A stretch of 12,692 nucleotides of DNA from NCBI GenBank assembly GCA_964478905.1, contig CAYZJZ010000007.1, positions 1-12,692 on the forward strand, read 5' to 3'. Shown in pieces: positions 7,308 to 12,692 of this stretch. The position numbers and the translations under genes are program-made. Below the pieces are notes generated by a model that worked only from the letters and a program-made list of their open reading frames with translations, made no database searches and was not told the origin of the DNA. Source of the stretch: an uncultured Eubacteriales bacterium. Its GTDB lineage: Bacteria; Bacillota; Clostridia; TANB77; RGIG9151. The number at the start of each line of letters is the position of its first letter. The first letter of the stretch is position 1.

Positions 7308-7339
7308 ATAGAATCATCCTTTCTGATATTTCCGTTTAC

Positions 7340-7368
7340 ATCATACTAAATGTTGCCTAAATATTCAA
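7340..7368 (-). promoter_or_regulatory. Candidate sigma-A-type promoter for the bactofilin gene
   Basis: Read on the - strand: TTGAAT (7368-7363), a 17-nt spacer, then TATGAT (7345-7340), about 30 nt upstream of the ATG at 7307. This is motif-based only. Confidence 0.45.
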
Positions 7369-7377
7369 GTGAAAATT

Positions 7378-7408
7378 TTGTGATTTTTGTGGAAAATTTC
7401 TGTATAAT
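7378..7408 (+). promoter_or_regulatory. Candidate sigma-A-type promoter for the ftsE operon
   Basis: A perfect -10 TATAAT lies at 7403-7408, about 50 nt upstream of the ftsE ATG. The best -35-like hexamer is TTGTGA at 7378-7383, but its 19-nt spacing is non-ideal. The region is embedded in phased A/T tracts. Confidence 0.4.
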
Positions 7409-7458
7409 ATGATAAAGTATTATTGGTGAATGAGGTTTTATGAGAGGACTGTTCATTT

Positions 7459-8136
7459 ATGATGATTGAATTTTCTAATGTACATAAGCGTTACGAGGGC
7501 GGTGTTGAGGCTTTATGTGGCGTTAATCTTAAGATAGATAAAGGCGAGTTTGTGTTTTTGGTCGGACCTTCCGGTTCGGGGAAATCTACTTTGCTTAAGC
7601 TAATGATTAGAGAGGAAGAGGCGGATTCGGGTACGATTTTCCTTAATAATTATAAAGTGCATAGTATGAAGCCGAGATATGTTCCTTTTTTAAGGCGTAG
7701 TATTGGTATTGTGTTTCAGGATTTTAGGCTTCTTCCGGATAAGACTGTTTATGAGAATATTGCTTTTGCTATGCGTATAGTGAGAAAGCCTGCAAGGTAC
7801 ATAAGGAAACAGGTTCCTATGTTACTTAGTTTGGTTGGACTTAGTGCTAAGTCTAATAGTTATCCTCATGAATTGTCCGGTGGAGAACAACAGAGAATTG
7901 CTATGGCGAGGGCTCTTGCTAATAATCCGTCTGTGTTGATTGCGGACGAACCTACGGGTAATCTTGATCCTGAGAATGCTTGGGAGATAATGAGGATTTT
8001 AAATGAGATTAATATGCGTGGTACTACCGTTGTTGTGGCTACTCACGCTAAAGATATTGTTGATGCGATGAAGAAGAGAGTTGTTGAGCTTGAGAAGGGT
8101 AAGATTACCAGAGACCAATACAGGGGGAATTATTAA
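7459..8136 (+). CDS. ftsE: Cell division ATP-binding protein FtsE (ABC ATPase)
   Basis: Walker A GPSGSGKST, ABC signature LSGGEQQR, Walker B VLIADEPTGNLD and H-loop ATH are all present. The ~225-aa length and MIEFSNVHKRY... N-terminus are typical of FtsE, and the gene sits immediately upstream of ftsX. GAGAGGA (7442-7448) lies 10 nt upstream of ATG 7459; the ATG at 7462 is an equally possible start. Confidence 0.95.
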   Translation: MMIEFSNVHKRYEGGVEALCGVNLKIDKGEFVFLVGPSGSGKSTLLKLMIREEEADSGTIFLNNYKVHSMKPRYVPFLRRSIGIVFQDFRLLPDKTVYENIAFAMRIVRKPARYIRKQVPMLLSLVGLSAKSNSYPHELSGGEQQRIAMARALANNPSVLIADEPTGNLDPENAWEIMRILNEINMRGTTVVVATHAKDIVDAMKKRVVELEKGKITRDQYRGNY

Positions 8137-8155
8137 GCTCTAGGGGGGTAAAAAA

Positions 8156-9034
8156 GTGGGAACACTGTTTTATTTGATTAAGCAAGGTTTTGAAAATGTT
8201 TGGAAGAATAAGCTTATGTTTGTTGCTTCTGTTTTGATAATTTCTACTTCTATGATAACACTTGGGATTTTTTCTATTGTTGGTGAGAATGCAAAGGCTT
8301 TTGTTGATAATATGAAGGCTGACCAGACGATAATTGCTTTCTTGGAGGAAGATGCTGATGAGACTCGTGTGAAGGCGATTGAGAAGACTATTTCTGAGAT
8401 TGCCGGTGTTGCTGATATTACTCATGAGACAAAGGAAGAAGCGTTGAAGAATGCTCGTGAGCAGTTTTTTGATGAGAATACAATTGATTTTACCGAGGGT
8501 TGGGAAGATAATAATTTGTTTACTGATTCGTTTGCGGTTAATGTTAGTGATTTAACTATGGCGAATGATATTGTGGCTAAGATTGAAGCTATTGATGGCG
8601 TTAGAAAGGTTAGATTTGATGAGAGTGTTTTTTCTTATATAAATAAGGCTTCTGAGGCTATTCAATTAGTTGTTATGGTTGTGTTTGTTTTATTGGTTGC
8701 TGTGTCTTTGTTGGTTATTTCTAATACTATTAAGTTGGTTCTTCATTCAAGACGTAAAGAAATTAATATAATGAAGTATATTGGTGCAACTGATGGCTTT
8801 GTAAAGACTCCGTTTATTATTGAGGGAATTATTGTTGGAGTTGTTGGTGCGTACCTTTCGTGGTTTATAATTATGCCAATGTACTCCGGTCTCCAAAATC
8901 TTGTTGCTGATTCTGCTTTGAGTTTTCCTTGGGTGGATTTGAGTCAAAAGATTTTGTATACTAATTTGGTTATTGGAATTGGAATTAGTTGTATTGCTTG
9001 TATGATTTCTATTAAGAAGTATTTGAAGGTTTAA
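8156..9034 (+). CDS. ftsX: Cell division permease-like protein FtsX
   Basis: The GTG start at 8156 is preceded by the strong RBS AGGGGGG (8142-8148). The N-terminus LIKQGFENVWKNKLMFVASV is typical. Topology is TM1, a ~120-aa extracellular domain, then three C-terminal TM segments (AIQLVVMVVFVLLVAVSLLVI, FIIEGIIVGVVGAYLSWFIIM, LVIGIGISCIACMISI). The gene lies 19 nt downstream of ftsE. Confidence 0.92.
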   Translation: MGTLFYLIKQGFENVWKNKLMFVASVLIISTSMITLGIFSIVGENAKAFVDNMKADQTIIAFLEEDADETRVKAIEKTISEIAGVADITHETKEEALKNAREQFFDENTIDFTEGWEDNNLFTDSFAVNVSDLTMANDIVAKIEAIDGVRKVRFDESVFSYINKASEAIQLVVMVVFVLLVAVSLLVISNTIKLVLHSRRKEINIMKYIGATDGFVKTPFIIEGIIVGVVGAYLSWFIIMPMYSGLQNLVADSALSFPWVDLSQKILYTNLVIGIGISCIACMISIKKYLKV

Positions 9035-9061
9035 TATTTTTTGACAAGGATGTGGATACTT

Positions 9062-10207
9062 ATGAAAAAGGTTATTTCAGTTGTGACTGCGTTATCGGTT
9101 CTTGGTAGTTGTTCTTATGTTTTTGCGGCTACTGAGGATGAGCTTAAGGCTAAGCTTGATAAGAATAATGATGCTATTGAGGCTAAAACGTCTGAGATTA
9201 ATCAGGTAAAACAAAAGCAAAAGACTTTGCTTGATGAGATTGAAGAATTGGATGCTGAGATGAATAAGGCTCAAAAGGAGTTAGACGATATTCAAGGTCA
9301 AATTAATTCTTTAAATAGCGATATTAAGAATAAACAAAAGAGTATTGAAGAAGCTAATAAGAAACAGGAAGAAGAAGAGGTTTTACTTCAAAAGCGTGTT
9401 AGAGCTATGTATGAAAATGGCGATGTTACTTATGTGAAGATGCTTATGGATTCTAGTAGTGTTTCTGATTTTATTAAGAGATGCGAGCTTACTGATAGAA
9501 TGGTTGAAGCTGATAGAGAGTTATTTAATAGTTTAACAGATTTAAAAAATCAAATTAACAAGGAAGTTGCTGAGCTTGAGGAGAGTAAGGTTGTTGTTGA
9601 GGCGGCTAAGCGTGTTGAGAGTGAGAATAAACAAAAGTTAGCGACTTCTAGGAGTGCTAAGGATTCGAGAGCGAAGTTACTTGAGAAGGATGTGGCTGAG
9701 CTTCAAAAGCAACTTGATAGAGAGCTTGAGGAGTCTCAAGCTATTGAGAGCCAATTAAGGGAACTTAGTGGAACTAGTACGGTTGTTTCCAAGAATGAGG
9801 ATTTTATTTGGCCGGGGGCTTATTCTAAGGTTATTACTTGTAAGTATGGACCTAGAATTCATCCTATTACTAAGAAAAACAGTACTCATACGGGGATTGA
9901 TATAAGAGCTGCGCTTGGTACTAATGTTTATGCTGCTGCGTCCGGAACTGTTATAAAGTCTTGTTATAATACTGCATATGGTAATATGATTATTATTGAT
10001 CATGGTAATGGACTTTCTACTTTATATGGTCATGCGAGTAAGTTACTTGTTAAAGTTGGAGATACTGTAAATCAGGGAGATACTATTATGAAAGCCGGAA
10101 GTACAGGATATTCTACTGGCCCTCATCTTCATTTTGAGGTTAGAAAAAATGGTACTCCTCAAGATCCGAAGAATTATTTGGATTATACCGGCGTAACATT
10201 TAAATAA
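9062..10207 (+). CDS. Secreted coiled-coil M23 (LytM-domain) peptidoglycan endopeptidase, EnvC/PcsB-like putative FtsEX partner
   Basis: MKKVISVVTALSVLGSCSYVFA is a signal peptide, with a possible lipobox LGSC or an SPase I site after VFA. A heptad-rich, Lys/Glu/Gln-rich segment of about 210 aa follows (about 9128-9776). The C-terminal M23 domain has intact HxxxD (HTGID) and HxH (HLHFE) metal ligands. I prefer the ATG at 9062 because it puts the signal peptide at the N-terminus; the ORF track begins at an in-frame TTG at 9041. Confidence 0.9.
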   Translation: MKKVISVVTALSVLGSCSYVFAATEDELKAKLDKNNDAIEAKTSEINQVKQKQKTLLDEIEELDAEMNKAQKELDDIQGQINSLNSDIKNKQKSIEEANKKQEEEEVLLQKRVRAMYENGDVTYVKMLMDSSSVSDFIKRCELTDRMVEADRELFNSLTDLKNQINKEVAELEESKVVVEAAKRVESENKQKLATSRSAKDSRAKLLEKDVAELQKQLDRELEESQAIESQLRELSGTSTVVSKNEDFIWPGAYSKVITCKYGPRIHPITKKNSTHTGIDIRAALGTNVYAAASGTVIKSCYNTAYGNMIIIDHGNGLSTLYGHASKLLVKVGDTVNQGDTIMKAGSTGYSTGPHLHFEVRKNGTPQDPKNYLDYTGVTFK

Positions 10208-10234
10208 AAGATTATTGAAAAATTAGGAGAGAAT

Positions 10235-11392
10235 ATGAAAAATAAACACATTACTTTAATAGGACTTATTTTTTTAGTAGTAATTACTTCAATTATTACT
10301 TTGCTTTTATCGGGAAGTTCTAATATTTTGATTATGGGAATGGTTAACGGATATACTGCTGATGAAATGAAGTTTATAAATAAGCTTATGGAATCTAAGA
10401 AGCTTTTAAGTGAGAATTTTTATGGTGAGATAAGTGATGAGAAGATTTATGATGGTGCTATGTCCGGAATGTTTGAAGCGCTTGGTGACCCATATACTTC
10501 TTATTTAGACAATAAACAAAATCAAGAGATGATGGAGATTACTGAGGGAAAATATGATGGTATTGGTGTTGTTATTTCTACCAGCTTGGTTGAAAAAACT
10601 GATATTACTATTGTTGGAATTGTTAAGGATTCGCCGGCTGAGAAGTCCGGACTTATGTTGAATGATAAAATTGTTAAGATAAATGGAGAGGATTGTAATA
10701 ATTTTTCGTTAAATGAAGTTGCTGAAAAGATGAAGGTTAAGGCGGGGACTAATATTGCTCTTTCGATTAATAGAGATGGTAAGTTGATTGAGAAAAATGT
10801 TATGACTGAAGAAATTGTGTTTAAGAGTGTTTATTCTGAAAATATAGATGGAATTGGTTATATTCAGATTGCTTCTTTTGATGAACATACTTCTGATGAG
10901 TTTATGGAGGCTTATAATAAATTAAGAGCTGAAAATGTTACCGGTTTGATTGTTGATGTTAGGGATAATGGTGGCGGAATTTATGATGAGGTAATAAAAA
11001 TTGCGAAAGTTCTTGTGCCGAAGGGGCTAATTGTATATACTGAGGATAAGGATGGTAATAGGAAGTCTGATAATTCTGACGGAGATGGATTGGATATTCC
11101 ACTTGTTTTGCTTGTTAATGAGGAATCTGCGAGTGCGTCTGAGATTTTAGCCGGTGCTGTTAAGGATAGAGAGTGTGGTACTTTGGTTGGTAAAAAGACG
11201 TTTGGAAAAGGTGTTGTTCAAGGCTGGTATATGATTGGTGACGGAACGTCGATTAAGATTACTATTGCTAAGTATTTTACACCGAGTGGAGTTTGTATCC
11301 AAGATGTTGGAATTGAACCTGATGTTGAGGTTGAAAATAATAGTGTTTATAAGGATTTGCAACTTGAGAAGGCGTTAGAGTTATTGAAATGA
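10235..11392 (+). CDS. S41 family C-terminal processing peptidase (Ctp/Tsp-like) with N-terminal membrane anchor and PDZ domain
   Basis: RBS AGGAG (10225-10229) lies 5 nt before the ATG. The N-terminal TM anchor is ITLIGLIFLVVITSIITLLL and the PDZ-like segment is GIGVVIS...IVGIVKDSPAEKSGLMLNDKIVKINGED. The S41 catalytic context has Ser in NEESASASEILAGA and Lys in KKTFGKGVVQ. Confidence 0.9.
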   Translation: MKNKHITLIGLIFLVVITSIITLLLSGSSNILIMGMVNGYTADEMKFINKLMESKKLLSENFYGEISDEKIYDGAMSGMFEALGDPYTSYLDNKQNQEMMEITEGKYDGIGVVISTSLVEKTDITIVGIVKDSPAEKSGLMLNDKIVKINGEDCNNFSLNEVAEKMKVKAGTNIALSINRDGKLIEKNVMTEEIVFKSVYSENIDGIGYIQIASFDEHTSDEFMEAYNKLRAENVTGLIVDVRDNGGGIYDEVIKIAKVLVPKGLIVYTEDKDGNRKSDNSDGDGLDIPLVLLVNEESASASEILAGAVKDRECGTLVGKKTFGKGVVQGWYMIGDGTSIKITIAKYFTPSGVCIQDVGIEPDVEVENNSVYKDLQLEKALELLK

Positions 11393-11408
11393 TAGATGGG
11401 GGATAAAA

Positions 11409-12653
11409 ATGCAACAAAGTAAGAGTGTTAATACCGGGAAATTTTCTATGATTAAGAAAATTAACAGTAAAAATATTTTGAATATTATTAGAAAACGTGG
11501 ACCTATTTCTAGAAGTGAAATTGCTGAGATTACTGGACTTACTCCGGCGACTATAACTAATATTACGAGTGAGCTTATTGATAATAATTTGATTATTGAG
11601 GGTGAGTCTGGGGATTCAAGTGGCGGAAGAAAGCCTATAATGCTTAGAATAAGATGCGACTATTATAGAGTTATTGGTGTTTATTTGGGTTCTAGGAAGA
11701 TTAAGATTATTGCGTCTGATTTGATGGCTAATACTAAGTATAAAAAGGAAATTCCTTATGAGAAGAAACCGCTTACTGCTGATGAAGCTTTAGAGATTAT
11801 TAAAGCTGAGATTATAAATATTAATCGTAAGTATTTGGCTAAGGGGAAAAAGGTTGTTGGTGTTGGAATTGGTATTCATGGCTTGGTTGATAGTAACAAA
11901 GGTGTGTCTATATTTGCGCCTAACCTTGGTTGGAGGAATATTAATATTGTTGAGGAGCTTGAGAAGGCGACGAGTATTCCTGTTTATATTGATAATAATA
12001 CGAGAACTATGGGGCTTGGCGAGAGATGGTTTGGTACAGGTAAAAATGTTTCAAGTTTCTTTTGTTTAAATGTTGAGTATGGTATTGGTGGAAGTTTGTT
12101 TATTGATGATAATTCTTTTTCCGGTGCTTCGTTTGGTGCGGGAGAAATTGGTCATACTACGGTTGATGTAAATGGGGAAATTTGCAGTTGTGGAAATAGA
12201 GGCTGTTTAGAGACTATTGCGTCTGTTAAGGCTTTGACTAAGATGGCGTTTGAGGGATATGAGGAACATAAGAGTTCTTCTATTTTTAATGAGTGTGAGG
12301 AGATTAATTCGGCTGATGATATTTTACCGGAGGCGATCTTTGATGCTGCGAGAATGGGTGATGATTTTGCAGTAACGTTGATTAGGAGAATTGGAGAGAA
12401 TATTGGCATTGGTATTGCTAATATTATTAATACTCTAAATCCGGAGCTTGTAATTATTAATGGTGGAATTATTTCAACAGGAGAAATTTTGCTTGCTCCT
12501 ATAATTGAGACTGTAAGAAAGAAAGGATTTTTAAGTTCAGTTAATGCTACGGATATTGTTTTATCTAAGTTAGGAAATGTTGCGTATTTAAAAGGAGCTG
12601 TGGTTTTAGCGACTCAACATATTTTCGATAATCCTGAGCTAGCGCAAAAATAG
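11409..12653 (+). CDS. ROK family transcriptional regulator (NagC/XylR-type)
   Basis: The N-terminal winged-HTH is NILNIIRKRGPISRSEIAEITGLTPATITNITSELIDNNLI. The ROK sugar-kinase-like fold carries the zinc motif GEIGHTTVDVNGEICSCGNRGCLET. RBS GGGGGA (11398-11403) lies 5 nt before the ATG. An internal Met at 11448 is a weaker alternative start. Confidence 0.85.
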   Translation: MQQSKSVNTGKFSMIKKINSKNILNIIRKRGPISRSEIAEITGLTPATITNITSELIDNNLIIEGESGDSSGGRKPIMLRIRCDYYRVIGVYLGSRKIKIIASDLMANTKYKKEIPYEKKPLTADEALEIIKAEIININRKYLAKGKKVVGVGIGIHGLVDSNKGVSIFAPNLGWRNINIVEELEKATSIPVYIDNNTRTMGLGERWFGTGKNVSSFFCLNVEYGIGGSLFIDDNSFSGASFGAGEIGHTTVDVNGEICSCGNRGCLETIASVKALTKMAFEGYEEHKSSSIFNECEEINSADDILPEAIFDAARMGDDFAVTLIRRIGENIGIGIANIINTLNPELVIINGGIISTGEILLAPIIETVRKKGFLSSVNATDIVLSKLGNVAYLKGAVVLATQHIFDNPELAQK

Positions 12654-12692
12654 TATTACTATCAAAAAGATGCTTTTGATGTTGTTGGGCAA

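Noticed and set aside
6872-7311. ORFs 6872-7057 (+), 6949-7311 (+, 120 aa) and 7054-7260 (-) overlapping the bactofilin gene
   Set aside because: The bactofilin frame gives a textbook family match. The others give Ser/Pro/Phe-rich or Arg-rich nonsense. The 120-aa + ORF would also run through the divergent promoter region without an RBS.
9041-9061. TTG at 9041 (or ATG at 9050) as the start of the M23 peptidase
   Set aside because: Starting at ATG 9062 puts the signal peptide MKKVISVV... at the N-terminus, and AAGGA at 9046-9050 serves as the RBS. The extra MTRMWIL residues would sit awkwardly in front of the basic n-region. This is unresolved without N-terminal data, so only the coordinate choice is rejected.
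8105-12409. Short overlapping ORFs in the ftsX-to-ROK region (8105-8425 -, 8747-8947 -, 9092-9274 -, 9755-10003 -, 11147-11362 -, 11854-12069 +, 12152-12409 -)
   Set aside because: All lie inside confidently identified + strand genes and have low-complexity Asn/Ser/Ile/Arg-rich translations with no motifs.
12661-12680. Hairpin ATCAAAA-AGATGC-TTTTGAT after the ROK gene as an intrinsic terminator
   Set aside because: The stem is only 7 bp and all A/T except one G-C pair. No T-run follows it (the next bases are GTTGTTGGG), and the window ends 12 nt later. That is insufficient to call.
1-12692. A genomic island or horizontal-transfer boundary between the giant gene and the division cluster, plus CRISPR arrays, tRNA/rRNA genes or IS elements
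   Set aside because: There are no integrase or transposase genes, no terminal inverted or direct repeats, no tRNA and no spaced repeat array. Base composition and codon style look similarly AT-rich by eye on both sides of 6824. A quantitative GC or codon-usage scan was not possible here.

Overview
This is an AT-rich chromosomal window with Firmicutes-like (Clostridia/Tissierellia-type) coding style; the taxon cannot be determined from the sequence alone. It has two parts.

(1) Bases 3-6824 are the 3' ~6.8 kb of one giant + strand gene. Its frame is open to the 5' window edge, giving 2273 in-window codons, so the ATG at 93 in the ORF track is internal. The product looks like a mosaic extracellular repeat protein containing:
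- acidic EEY mini-repeats;
- several Ig-like adhesin-type modules bounded by D-T-x-P motifs;
- two Big_3-like modules, one carrying a 6-Cys cluster;
- a beta-sandwich module nested inside an Ig-like module and duplicated at the extreme C-terminus;
- a ~420-aa divergent FGE-sulfatase/C-type-lectin-like module without a catalytic Cys pair;
- three Listeria-Bacteroides (Flg_new / InlB B-repeat) repeats.
There is no C-terminal wall-anchor signal.

(2) Bases 6858-12653 are ordinary cell-envelope housekeeping. A convergent bactofilin gene shares a bidirectional terminator with the giant gene. A divergently promoted, tightly packed cluster follows: ftsE, ftsX, a coiled-coil M23 peptidase, an S41 C-terminal processing peptidase and a ROK-family regulator.

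I see no rRNA, tRNA, CRISPR, transposase/integrase, toxin-antitoxin or recognisable defence genes, and no convincing multi-gene novel system. The most unusual content is the set of uncharacterised modules in the giant protein. All domain calls come from motif recognition by eye and need HMM or structure confirmation.
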